The notes: generated from the sequence alone by a model not told the origin. 64,000 nt of DNA from Balanoglossus misakiensis (GCA_040954595.2 CM082582.2:2278303-2342302); one strand, 5' to 3'; shown: positions 24,110 to 36,294, numbered from the stretch's first letter. Program-made: numbers and translations.

Positions 24110-26935
24110 TATATGACATATGCTGCAAAATGCAAAGGGGTCACCTTTCTGTAAGTCATGAAGGAAGAGCATGAGAACAATGTCACAAAAATTGAAATGA
24201 AAAGTGTTTTCTTATACAAACAAACAAACAAACAAACAAATGAATAAATATATCCGCATTGATAGAATAAACCTGCAGAAGTCAGGTTGGTATTTACCTT
24301 GTTTTGTATGTTAGCATCAGCTTTGTGTTCCAATAACAATCTGACAAAGCCTTCACCATCATCCCTCCTTGCTGCATCATGCAAAGGGGTGTCTCCTGTC
24401 TATAAGTAATGAAGGAGGAGCATGAGAATAATGTCACAAAATTGAAATGTAATGTGAAATTTCCTTAAACAAAAAAAAACAACAAAAAAACCTTTCAATA
24501 CTTTCAGAATTAACCTGCAGAAGTCAGGTTGGTATTTACCTTGTTTTGTATGGTCACATCAGCTTTGTGTTCCAATAACAATCTGACATGGCCTTCACCA
24601 CCATCCCTCCTTGCTGCATCATGCGAAGGAGTGTCTCCATCCTGTAAGTAATGAAGGAGGAGCATGAGAATAATGTCACAAAAATTGAAATCTAATGTGA
24701 AATTTCCTTAAACAAACAAACAAACAAATAAATGAATAAATATATCCGCATTGATAGAATAAACCTGCTGAAGTCAGGTTGGTATTTACCTTGTTTTGTA
24801 TGTTAGCATCAGCTTTGTGTTCCAATAACAATCTGACAAGGCCTTCACCACCATCCCTCCTTGCTGCATCATGCGAAGGAGTGTCTCCATCCTGTAAGAA
24901 ATGAAGGAGGAGCATGAGAATAATGTCACAAAAATTGAAATCTAATGTGAAATTTCCTTAAACAAACAAACAAACAAACAAATAAATGAATAAATATATC
25001 CGCAGTGATAGAATAAACCTGCTGAAGTCAGGTTGGTATTTACCTTGTTTTGTATGTTAGCATCAGCTTTGTGTTCCAATAACAATCTGACAAGGCATTC
25101 ACCACCAACCCTCCTTGCTGCATAATGCAAAGGAGTGTCTCCATCCTGTAAGTAATGAAGGAGGAGCATGAGAATAATGTCACAAAAATTGAAATATTAT
25201 GTGAAATTTCTATAAACAAACAAACAAACAAATAAATGAATAAATATATCCGCATTGATAGAATAAACCTGCAGAAGTCAGGTTGGTATTTACCTTGTTT
25301 TGTATTGTCACATCAGCTTTGTGTTCCAATAACAATCTGACAAGGCCTTCACCACCAACCCTCCTTGCTGCATAATGCAAAGGAGTGTCTCCATCCTGTA
25401 AGTAATAAACGAGGAGCATGAGAATAATGTCACAAAAATTGAAATATAATGTGAAATTTCCTTAAACAAAAAAAAAAAACAAAAAAATATTTCAATACTT
25501 TCAGAATTAACCTGCAGAAGTCAGGTTGGTATTTACCTTGTTTTGTATGTTAGCATCAGCTTTGTGTTCCAATAACAATCTGACAAGGCCTTCACCACCA
25601 TCCCTCCTTGCTGCATCATGCGAAGGAGTGTCTCCATCCTATAAGTAATGAAGGAGGAGCATGAGAATAATGTCACAAAAGTTGAAATCTAATGTGAAAT
25701 TTCCTTAAACAAACAAACATACAAATAAATGAATAAATATATCCGCATTGATAGAATAAACCTGCTGAAGTCAGGTTGGTATTTACCTTGTTTTGTATGT
25801 TAGCATCAGCTTTGTGTTCCAATAACAATCTGACAAGGCCTTTGCCAACCCTCCTTGCTGCATAATGCAAAGGAGTGTCTCCATCCTGTAAGTAATGAAG
25901 GAGGAGCATGAGAATAATGTCACAAAATTGAAATATAATGTGAAATTTCCGTAAACGAACAAACAAACAAATAAATGAATAAATATATCCGCACTGATAG
26001 AATAAACCTGCAGCAGTCAGGTTGGTATTTACCTTGTTTTGTATGTAAACATCAGCTTTGTGTTCCAATAACAATCTGACAAGGCCTTCACCACCATCCC
26101 TCCTTGCTGCATCATGCAAAGGAGTGTCTCCCTCCTGTAAGTAATGAAGGAGGAGCATGAGAATAATGTTACAAAAATTGAAATCTAATGTGAAATTTCC
26201 TTAAACAAACAAACAAACAAACAAACAAATAAATGAATAAATATATCCGCATCAATAGAATAAACCTGCAGAAGTCAGGTTGGTATTTACCTTGTTTCGT
26301 ATGTTAGCATCAGCTTTGTGTTCCAATAACAATCTGACACGGCCTTCATCACGAAACCTTGCTGCATAATGCAAAAGGGTGTCTCCATCCTGTAAGTAAT
26401 GAAGGAGGAGCATGAGAATAATGTCACAAAAATAGAAATCTAATGTGAAATTTCCTTAAACAAACAAACAAATAAATGAATAAATATATCCGCATTGATA
26501 GAATTAACCTGCAGAAGTCAGGTTGGTCTTTACCTTGTTTTGTATGTTAGCATCAGCTTTGTGTTCCAATAACAATCTGACAAGGCCTTTGCCAACCCTC
26601 CTTGCTGCATAATGCAAAGGGGTGTCTCCTGTCTGTAAGTAATGAAGGAGGAGCATGAGAATAATGTCACAAAATTGAAATGTAATGTGAAATTTCCTTA
26701 ACCAAACAAACAAACAAACAAATAGACAAACACACAATAAAATGAATAAATATATCCGCATTGATAGAATTAACCTGCAGAAGTCAAGTTGGTATTTACC
26801 TCGTTTTGTATGGTCACATCAGCTTTGTGTTCCAATAACAATCTGACAAGGCCTTCACCACCATCCCTCCTTGCTGCATAATGCAAAGGGGTGTCTCCTG
26901 TCTGTAAGTAATGAAGGAGGAGCATGAGAATAATG
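24110..26935 (-). repeat. Tandem array of ~250-bp exon+intron units, one ankyrin repeat per exon (11 intact, 1 degenerate)
   Basis: Exons 24298-24399, 24540-24641, 24790-24891, 25044-25145, 25294-25395, 25537-25638, 25787-25885, 26033-26134, 26291-26389, 26534-26632, 26800-26901. All are 99/102 nt, bounded by ttayag and gtaaa, consensus xGDTPLHxAARRxGxEGLVRLLLEHKADxxIQNK. A truncated, frameshifted unit lies at ~24110-24148. Confidence 0.95.
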
Positions 26936-27066
26936 GCGCCATATTGGAGTGGACGTGTCAGCATCGTCTCCTGCCTGCTCGTATAACTTTTTCAAAATAT
27001 CCCGTTAAAACTTCAAGATTCACAGTAACTCCAAGTCTAAGCGAAGGGTAATATCAAACTACAAAG

Positions 27067-28260
27067 ATGGGTATCAGTTTGCAACTTTGGAGAGGACGCA
27101 TCGGCGGGTTTTCACAACCAAATTCCTGGAAGTGTGTCGAAAGTCATAGCGGTGACGTGTCGCAACGGACAAGGTATTCACGTTGGCCACCTGTTCTTGA
27201 CTATCTGTGCAGAACTACAGCAACAGTTTTCATTATTGAACTGACGTTGTTGGTTGGTTCTCTGCTATCTAAAATTGAAATGGACAACCTAGCCAGCTTT
27301 TCAACCAATGAAGATATCAACAGTTTTATGGAATACGAACATGTCATGGTTTTTGAACAGCGTATGGTTACCAATGCCGTTGCAACAGCAGGTCTGCAAG
27401 GCAACACAGTATTCGTACCCCTTCTTTTGACTTTGAGTGGAGACATTGAATTAAACCCAGGACCTCCAAAAGCGGTTAAGCAGGTAAAATTGACAGAATG
27501 TACTGGTACTCAAAGAGAACTCAGGTCAAATTCGACTCCAACAGTGAGCGAACCGGAGGCCCCAAAAGAAACCAGTCTAGCCGATGTCATACGCGAAATT
27601 CGAGAACTCAAAGTCGACCTGAAAACACAGATTGATACTTCGGTTCACGATGTTCATGATAGAGTTGACGAGTTGAAGGATGAAGTGAATCGTTTGCGGA
27701 GCGAACTGAGAGAAAATTACCAGGAAACTGCTCGATTAGCGGAAGAGAACAAGTATTTAAAAGACAATATAAGCACGGTGTTAAGGGAACTCGACGATGT
27801 CAAAGGTAGGATGAAACGGGATAATCTGTTATTCCACAATATCGAACAGTCGCCTAATGAAACTTGGGACGATACCGAAAACAAAGTGAAGACATTTTTG
27901 TCGGAGAAACTAGACCTAGATGGTAGCAGCTTTGAATTCGACGGGGTTCATCGTCTATCTAATGCGAAAGGTCATCCCCAGCCTATTGTTGCCAAATTCA
28001 CACGCTTTAAACAACGGGAACAAGTCTTACAGAAAGCACGAGGGAGTCTCAAGAACACAAACTTTCGGGTTTCCGAAGACTTTACTCCAAGGGTACGGGA
28101 GACTAGGAGGAAGCTTGGACAGTTTCTACAGAAAGCAAGAGAAGAAGGTAAACGCGCATTTTTGAATTATGACAAGCTAAAGATCGATGGAACTCTATAT
28201 ATTTTCGACGATTCGCTGAATGACATTCGCCCTTTCAACAGAAATCATCGCGATCGCTAG
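27067..28260 (+). CDS. LINE ORF1: N-terminal leader, 2A-like peptide, coiled coil, L1-ORF1p-like RRM/CTD
   Basis: LLLTLSGDIELNPGP, heptad region, NLLFHNIEQ, VHRL...PQPIVAKF, VSEDFT. Confidence 0.85.
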   Translation: MGISLQLWRGRIGGFSQPNSWKCVESHSGDVSQRTRYSRWPPVLDYLCRTTATVFIIELTLLVGSLLSKIEMDNLASFSTNEDINSFMEYEHVMVFEQRMVTNAVATAGLQGNTVFVPLLLTLSGDIELNPGPPKAVKQVKLTECTGTQRELRSNSTPTVSEPEAPKETSLADVIREIRELKVDLKTQIDTSVHDVHDRVDELKDEVNRLRSELRENYQETARLAEENKYLKDNISTVLRELDDVKGRMKRDNLLFHNIEQSPNETWDDTENKVKTFLSEKLDLDGSSFEFDGVHRLSNAKGHPQPIVAKFTRFKQREQVLQKARGSLKNTNFRVSEDFTPRVRETRRKLGQFLQKAREEGKRAFLNYDKLKIDGTLYIFDDSLNDIRPFNRNHRDR

Positions 28261-31200
28261 GGGTCAGGCCGAAGCCGCAATACACGGTATGATGCAGACA
28301 CGAGTAACACCAGCTTATATTCTGAACATGGCAAAGATACTGACACTCAGTTTATTTGCTGGAACATTAATGATTTAAAATCTAAATTTCTTGACGGCGG
28401 ATTTCATGTCTTTTTTGACAAAATCGGATTTTGGTGTAATTTGCCTGACGGAAACGTGGGCTTGTACTTCAGATCAGTTTTCTATTCCCAATTACACTTC
28501 TATCAACCTTGCTAGAAAAAAGATTATGCATTTAGGAAGATTTTCAGGGGGTATTTCAGTTTTTGTCAAGAACTCAATATGCAAAAGCTTCCAACAGCTG
28601 CCAAGTTTGTCCGAGGATTTTCTATGGGTAAAGCTGTTTCTCAAAGATAACTTTCAAATTAATTCATTGTTAATGTGTGTTGTCTACTTCTCACCAGAAG
28701 GGTCATCTCAATATGCAAATCCAGAAATGTTCCAATTGTTAGAAAATGAATTAGCAAAATATTCAACCATTCACGAAGGCTCGCCTGTAATTTTATGCGG
28801 CGATTTTAATGCCCGCACAGGCTGTGTCTCTGATACTATCGAATGGGATTCCAGGTGTTTGCCAGTGGATGACAGTGACGTAGATCCACCTTTGCCAATA
28901 CGAGAGTCAAGAGATTCATCAGTTAATGATTATGGTAAACGGTTACTGGATTTTTGTCACAGCACAAATTTTAAAATTGTTAATGGGAGATTTTTTAAGA
29001 ATCATGGAAGTGGTGAGTATACATTTCTTTCCAAAAGCGGGGGCAGTGTGATAGATTACCTTTTGTTATCTTGTCATGATCTTCACCTGTTAACAGATAT
29101 GTATATTGATTCTAGGGTTGAATCAGACCACCAACCACTGATATTTAAATTAGACCTGTCTCACCAAGAGAGAACAAGTCTTACGTCTGATTATAACAAT
29201 GTTAATAACTCTTCTATATTTACTTGTAAATGGGATAATAAGTTACTCAATGTAGTTAACAACTTTTGGAACAGCGCATCTTCAAACTCACATGTGTCTG
29301 AAATCAATGGGCTTCTCTCTTGAGGGGAAATAGACAATGCTGCGCTTTGTCTGAGGGATACAATTTGGAACTCACTTTCATGTATGAAAACAGGTGGCAT
29401 GGGTAGACGAGTGAAAAAGACGAATAATTGGTGGGATGATGAATGCCGTGAATTTAAAGCCAAAGTTAAGAATGTCCTTAGAAACCATAAATATAGTCCC
29501 ACCCCTATTTCATTCGGTGTCTATAAATCCATCCAGCGAGATTATCACAACCTGCTGAAAGAAAAGAAAAGGAACTATGATATATTGAAACAACGTAATT
29601 TTGCCGAAGCCGCCAAGGACCCGAATTCTAAGCGTTTTTGGTCCATGTTGAGACCTTATACCCCGGGTCCCCCTGATTCAATTACTGCTAAGGAATGGGT
29701 TGATTACTTTTCTGTTTTATTTAATACTCCTGGCAATTTACACGACGATTTCCAAGATTTTTATGTGGAAGTCGACGAGTTTGTAAACAATTCGTTTTCA
29801 TTTCATGATCCTGTATATACGGATGTAGGCACAGACGTTGATACCAGTGTTCTGGATAGTGAAATATCACTTGAAGAAATAGATTGTGCAATTAATAACC
29901 TGAAATTGGGTAAAGCTGCAGGCGTTGATGGCATACCTGCGGATTTCTTTAAGTATTCATGCCAAGAATTTAGATTAATTTTGTATAACTTTTTCAATAG
30001 TGTTCTCAACTCAGGTATTTTCCCAGAAGAGTGGGTTAAAGGTATGATTATCCCTCTTTTTAAGAAAGGGGTACATGACTCTGTGTGTAACTATAGGGGA
30101 ATAACTCTTCTTCCTATTATTGGTAAGATTTTTTGCAATATGATGTTCAAGCGTTTAAATGACTTTGTTGAACTTAATTCGCCAATCACTGAAGCTCAGG
30201 CTGGTTTTAGGAAGAACCGCAGCACAATTGACAACATTTTTATTTTGGATACTACAATATGGAAATACTTATCCAAACACAAATCACGTTTTTATGGTGC
30301 ATTCATTGATTTCGAGAAAGCTTTCGATAGAATTGATCACAACGACTTGTTTTATAAATTACTGAAACGTGAAATGAAGAGTAAAATGCTTATAGTGTTA
30401 AAATCTATGTACAAATCGGTGAAATCATGTGTACGAACACCACATGGGATTACAAACTTTTTCCAGTGTACTTATGGTGTGCAACAAGGATCTGTTTTGT
30501 CCCCATTATTATTTAATCTTTTCATCGATGATCTTGGCGAAACCCTCAAAAATGGCATGTTTAATGGTGTTTATGTAGGAATTTTGAAGCTCTTGTATCT
30601 TTGCTTTGCTGACGATTTAACAATTGTAAGTAATTCAGTAATTGGACTACAAAGACAGCTTAACAAATTGTGTATCTATTGTAACAGATTGAAACTAAAA
30701 GTTAATGGGTCCAAGACAAAAATTTTTGTCTTCAGGAGTGGGGGAAGGTTGAAAAATTACGAGAGATGGACATTGAATGGGGTCCAGGTTCAGACAGTAC
30801 CGTATTTTAACTACCTCGGTCTGACCTTGTCTTGTTCAGGAATCTGGACAAAGGCTCAAGAAATCCTTGCCAAACAAGGGAAAAAAGCTATGTACAATAT
30901 TAAAAGATATCTGAGTCAGTTTAAAAACATAGACATAGAGCTAGCTCTACGAATTTTCGACTGCAAAATTCTTCCAATACTTATGTACGGTAGTGAAGTA
31001 TGGGGTTTTCATGAGGGTAAGGATGTTGAAAAAATTCAAATAGATTTCTGTAAATATATACTCATGGTTAGTTCAAGGTCAACCAATTTAGCTGTCTTGG
31101 GTGAACTGGGCAGACAATCTTTGAAAACGCTTCGTCTACCACGCATTATTAAATACTGGGTAAAATTAATCCATAGCGAAAATTATAGATATACTAAGCA

Positions 31201-31804
31201 ATGTTATGACTACCAACGTGAAATGGCAGACAAAGGTTATAATTGTTGGGCCAAAAAGGTCAAAGACCTTTTATTTTATTTTGGTTTTGGTATTGCCTGG
31301 GAGTCACAGGCTGTGGGAAACGAGTGTCTTTTTCTTTCAAATTTTAAACAAAGATGCCTGGATATTGGTCAGCAGGTATGGCACAGTGAATTGGTCAATT
31401 CCACTAAGATGGATTCTTATCGTCTATTTAAAAATAATTTGTCTTTTGAAAAATATTTGAATTGTGTAAATATTGAGCTATTTAGAGTCACCCTTTGTAA
31501 ATTTAGAATTTCAAACCACAAACTTTTAATAGAGAGTGGCCGCTTTGAAGGGTTAACAAGAGATAACAGAATTTGTCAGTTTTGTACTTTACAGCAAGTT
31601 GAAACGGAATTTCACATTTGTCTTATTTGCCCCATCTACAAGGAATTAAGAACACGTTTTCTCTCACCATTCCACTATCAGCAACCCTCATTGAAGAAAT
31701 ACTCTAGCCTGTTAAACTCTCAAAACCTCCACACCTTAGTTAATCTGGCAAAGTTTATTTATTATAGTTTTAAGTTAAGAGATAATTTATTGCAGGACAC
31801 TTGA
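28261..31804 (+). pseudogene. LINE ORF2 (AP endonuclease, reverse transcriptase, C-terminal CCHC), with one frameshift near 28388 and one stop at 29321-29323
   Basis: CWNIN, CLTETW, GDFNAR, IDY, SDHQP, QAGFR, FIDFEKAFD, GVQQGSVLSP, FADD, CxxC...H...CP. ORFs 28391-29323 and 29384-31804 share one frame. Confidence 0.9.
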
Positions 31805-32093
31805 TCGCATACACGTCTATTTCTGTTTTGATGGCATTGTATCTATTATGTCAATGTAAGCCCCACTGCATGTCTGTATATTTATCAGTTTAATTATTGT
31901 ATGAAGGCCGGTGGCCTAAGATACTGAAATAAATATATATATATAATGTCACAAAATTGAAATGTAATGTGAAATTTCCTTAAACAAACAAACAAACTAA
32001 CAAACAAACAAACAAATAGACAAAGACACAAACAAATGAATAAATATATCCGCATTGATAGAATTAACCTGCAGACGTCATGTTGGTATTTAC

Positions 32094-32195
32094 CTTGTTT
32101 GGTATGGTCACATCAGCTTTGTGTTCCAATAACAATCTGACAAGGCCTTCACCACGACACCCTCTTACTGCATAATGCAAAGGGGTGTCTCCATT
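32094..32195 (-). CDS. Ankyrin cassette exon separated from the array by the LINE (NGDTPLHYAVRGCRGEGLVRLLLEHKADVTIPNK)
   Basis: Same splice signals and intron flanks as the array units, 102 nt. Confidence 0.9.
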
Positions 32196-35003
32196 CTGTA
32201 AGTAATGAAGGAGGAGCATGATGAGAATGTCAAGAAAAATGAAATGTAACATGAGGTTATTTTGTTAAAATGAACGATCGAACAAACACACAAACGACAA
32301 ATAATCGCAAACTCCCTTGTGGATAATATTAACCAACAGTAAATGGCATTTGAACAGAAACAGTATCGACTCTACACACAAGATGTGTAATTCAGTTTTA
32401 TACATGCATTTTAACGAGCTAAAAGAATTCTGACAAAATATCTGCCAGTTGATACAGAAAGAAAAGTTACTATAAATAATTCACAAACAAACTCAAATTT
32501 GACAACTTGCAAAACAGATAACATTACGGATAACCAATACACCAATTTTAAACTGAACTTTATTTATGATTTTCTATCAAAAAACTGACAGTGATGTGAT
32601 GTTAGTGAACATTTCCTGAATGGGACAAATTTATTTTTGCAACCTGCACAATATAGAAGAAGATTTAGCAAACAACTACAGTGACATTTAGTAGAATTGT
32701 CAGAAGAATTTTGAATAATCACATCTCATCTCCAATATGATGACAAATTTGAGATATGTAGAGATTTATGTGGAAACAGATCAAACATCTGAGCTAACCA
32801 AACTATGTTTATTTCCTGTAGGAGGGCATCAGACTGTTCTCAGCACAAAGTAGCCAAGCTGTGCAGACTGAACGATGTCGATCAAAGGGGAAATAACAGA
32901 GAAATTGTATGTGACAAGGGATAAATCAATCATCATTAAAATAAATTTCTACTGAGTGGTCCAACAATATCAAGTAGAGTTGTGCAATGGTGTCACTCGT
33001 TATTTGTAGAAATAGTGTTTAAATAAAAAAAACTTGAATTTCACCAAAAAAAAACCATCTGAAGAAAGTTAACACTGATTCCCTTTCTCCATCGCACTGC
33101 ATCAAAAAGTCTAATAACCAAAGAAAGACTTCAGTGGACACTGTGGCCAATGGGAATGTGTGGCAAACAAAATTAAATGCAATGAATGCAGTCATTCTTT
33201 TCATGTAATATAAAGAACAAACAAAATTATCAAAACTCTTCATAAGAGATAACATTGGAAGCCACAGTAGCACTAACTTTCAAGGACATTTGTGTAACCA
33301 TTCCAGCCGTGCCCCACACTAAAACAGAACAGATTGGACCAGTCACACTTCCCTTAATCCTATTGTTCCCAATGTTTATCTCATCAATATATCTATTGCA
33401 TGCTTTTAGCACCTTCTCTCAGGTTCTGGAACCTGGTTGGTTAAAACTTGCTGTTCTGGCCATCTTGATCACCCCCTTTGAAATGATTGGGTAAGTGACA
33501 GACAGTGATGAGAAGCTGAGGAGTGGAGCCGCACAGACCTCATGTTTTATAAGCTTGAGCTATTTCCAAGAGAAAGAGCAATCCAAATGCTGCCGCTGTG
33601 TTGCTCAGAATGATGAAAAAAATCATCCGACTGAACAATTTAATGTTAAAATGTAATATATTTTATAAAGTTTATAAAAGGTAAATTGGGTTGGCACTGT
33701 GCTATTCGGCCTGAAGTACAAGCTAAAACTGGCCGACTCCTCTCGGCACCGTCAACAAGCACCCCTGCCCCCAGCAAGTCCCCAACTTGACATGTGTGAT
33801 GTGACCATGGCTGCGCATCCGTCCTTCGGTCCTAAAAGTTGCCAAACAAACCCCTTTTTAAAACGGCCCCAATCAGAGCCGCAATGAAAACAAGTTCTTC
33901 TGGTAAAGTCTTACTCAAAATGTTGCTATGACTATAATTCTGACACAAAACTGAGCATGAGTGTGGACTGATTGCATAAACATATTTTGAAAGTACTTCC
34001 TGTAAAAAAGGGAGGAGGCTCCATAAACCAGACTATTTTTGTTTATGTACATGATATACTTGTGCGAGGGTTGTCAACTTGATAGCCATTCTCAAGATTT
34101 ACAATCATTATAAGAGTGTACGTATACAAGAAAAGTAAATTCCTGAATATTAAAGGGACAAAGTCTCTCTCTCTCTCGCTTCCCTTTTTCCATTAATTAT
34201 GTTTGATACAAGACACTGTTTATGTTATTCTACATGTGTATGTAGTGAATTAACGTTCGACCACACACAAATATGCAAAGGAGAATTTATTAATAAGCCA
34301 TACCCACCAAAATCTTATCAGATCTAGAACTTATCATAACAATGCTACATACAAAATTTCATATCATTGGATTCAATTTCTCTCAAGATATGAGTGGAAC
34401 AAAATCTGTCTACAGAAGGACAGACAGAAATCGCTGTGCCAATAATGAGATTATTATTTAAACCACAAAAGATTGACGATAAACAATGCAATAAACAACA
34501 ACATCCTTATGTTCAACAAGACAGTTTTTGGCAGATGCTGGAGACAATCCCCCTTTCTCATAACTCCAAATTGCTCACAGTGGAGATCAAATGTCTCAGA
34601 TATAGGAGAGACAATCACATCACCATAATGAATCAATACTTGCCTGTGTCTGGACAACACCTGGCCGAGAGGAAGTAGTTTTGATTCAAAGGACAGTGAC
34701 AAATTATATGGCACCTCCTTATGATGAATTGTATTAGGTACCAGACAGGAGTTGGCAGATGCTGGAGGCCGACAGACAATCACCCTATCTGATACGTTCT
34801 GTGATAGGATTGGCATGGACTGTCATCAGTCTATCTGTACAACACCTGACCAATGGAGGGAGTAGTTTTGATTCAAAGGGCAATGGACAAATATATACAT
34901 TGTATCCCAGACACAATTTACTAAGAAAACTACAGAGGAAATGGCACTATTGAGAAAGCTCATACTTTTAGAATTTACCTGCAGAAGTCAGGTTGGTATT
35001 TAC

Positions 35004-35105
35004 CTTGTTTTGTATGGTTACATCAGCTTTGTGTTCCAATAACAATCTGACACGGCCTTCACCAACATCCCTCCTTGCTGCAGAGTGCAAAGGGGTGTCT
35101 CCCCA
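35004..35105 (-). CDS. Ankyrin cassette exon (WGDTPLHSAARRDVGEGRVRLLLEHKADVTIQNK)
   Basis: ttacag/gtaaat, 102 nt, homologous intron flanks. Confidence 0.9.
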
Positions 35106-35274
35106 CTGTAAGTAATGAAGGAGGAGCATGAGAACTATGTCACAAAAATTAAACGTAATGTGTAATTTTCCTTAAACAAAAAACATACAAACAAACAAAC
35201 AAACAAACAAAAAATGAATGAATAAATCATTCCATACTGATAGATTAACCTGCAGAAGTCAAGTTGGTATTTAC

Positions 35275-35373
35275 CTGGGTTTGTATGGTAACATCAGCTT
35301 TGTGTTCCAATAACAATCTGACACAGCCTTCACCACCAAACCCTGCTGCATCATTCAAAGGGGTGACTCCATC
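35275..35373 (-). CDS. Ankyrin cassette exon (DGVTPLNDAAGFGGEGCVRLLLEHKADVTIQTQ)
   Basis: ttacag/gtaaat, 99 nt. Confidence 0.9.
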
Positions 35374-36195
35374 CTGTAAGTAATGAAGGAGAAGCATGGG
35401 AACAATGTCACAAAAATTGAAATGTAATATGAGGTTTCTTTAAACAAACAAACAAACAAACAAACCTACAAATAAATAAACAAATATCAAAAGTATCAGC
35501 CATATTGCAAAAAAACAAGCAAGAATGGCATACTGACTGATTTGAAAGGATAATGCACAGTCCTTCTACACACAAAATGAAAATTGCCGACTGTTAAAAT
35601 GAATACAGATCAAAGAATGACGGTGAAGAATCTCAATTGATTCTAACAGCGAGGAAAACGCTTTGACTGGTCATATAGTTTTTAACATTGGATGGTTTAG
35701 ACTCCATAGCTTAACTAAGGATGGAGGGGATCTGGAAGATTTAAAAAAAGATTGCCAGCAAAATTTCAGAGATGGCTTGAAAAAAAATAAAAATTTGTTA
35801 ACTTTGGTGAAACACAAAAAAATGCATCAAAATTTACTTTCTGGAACATATTTATTCATTCGGAACAAATGTGTCAAATACACTATGGTTCAACATCTTT
35901 GGCTAAATTGTAAAGATTGTTAAATTTAGAGTGCAATGTGTCCCACTGTCCTTCCTATGGCTGGATCCCAAGGGTATCATGGTTAGTAAAACTAAATCAG
36001 TATGGGTAATACTTTTTGGCCTTTCCCTCTTCTTGTTCAGGGTTAGCTTGTTTCTTCCCATTGAATTTGGATCATGCAAAGTAATTTTGGATGAAAATAA
36101 GAGTGTTGTAATTAGGTCTTTCTCAAAGGCATTTTTTTATTATCCAATTGTGTGGCCACATTATCCATAATAAAGTGATAAGTCAGTTCACGTAC

Positions 36196-36294
36196 CTCAT
36201 CCTTCGCATTGACATCTGCACCATGGCTAATCAACATCCTGACAGCATCCAATTTACCTTTGAAGGACGCTGCATGCAATGCTGTGGAATCATT
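36196..36294 (-). CDS. Unique ankyrin exon (NDSTALHAASFKGKLDAVRMLISHGADVNAKDE)
   Basis: ttccag/gtacgt, 99 nt, canonical ankyrin consensus. Confidence 0.9.

Larger units (their letters stand above)
26936..31942 (+). mobile_element. Full-length non-LTR retrotransposon (ORF1 + APE-RT-CCHC ORF2; RTE-X-like, clade inferred) inserted in an ankyrin-array intron
   Basis: TSD ATAATG at 26930-26935 and 31943-31948. aataaa plus (TA)n tail. Flanks rejoin to the array intron consensus gagaataatgtcacaaaattg. Confidence 0.95.

Noticed and set aside
24110-26935. Array resembling CRISPR or a prokaryotic repeat system
   Set aside because: Units are ~250-bp exon+intron duplicates with splice signals. There are no unique spacers or cas genes, and the context is eukaryotic.
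24676-26964. Short ORFs with hydrophobic tails (YIYSFICLFVCL) suggesting membrane-anchored ankyrins, including in-frame reading through intron 25886-26032
   Set aside because: The tails are translations of T-rich intron and (GTTT)n sequence. There is no evidence of intron retention without transcript data.
33190-33480. Coding-like stretch (YIDEINIGNNRIKG) faintly resembling an LRR
   Set aside because: Single weak match with nearby stops and no convincing splice sites.
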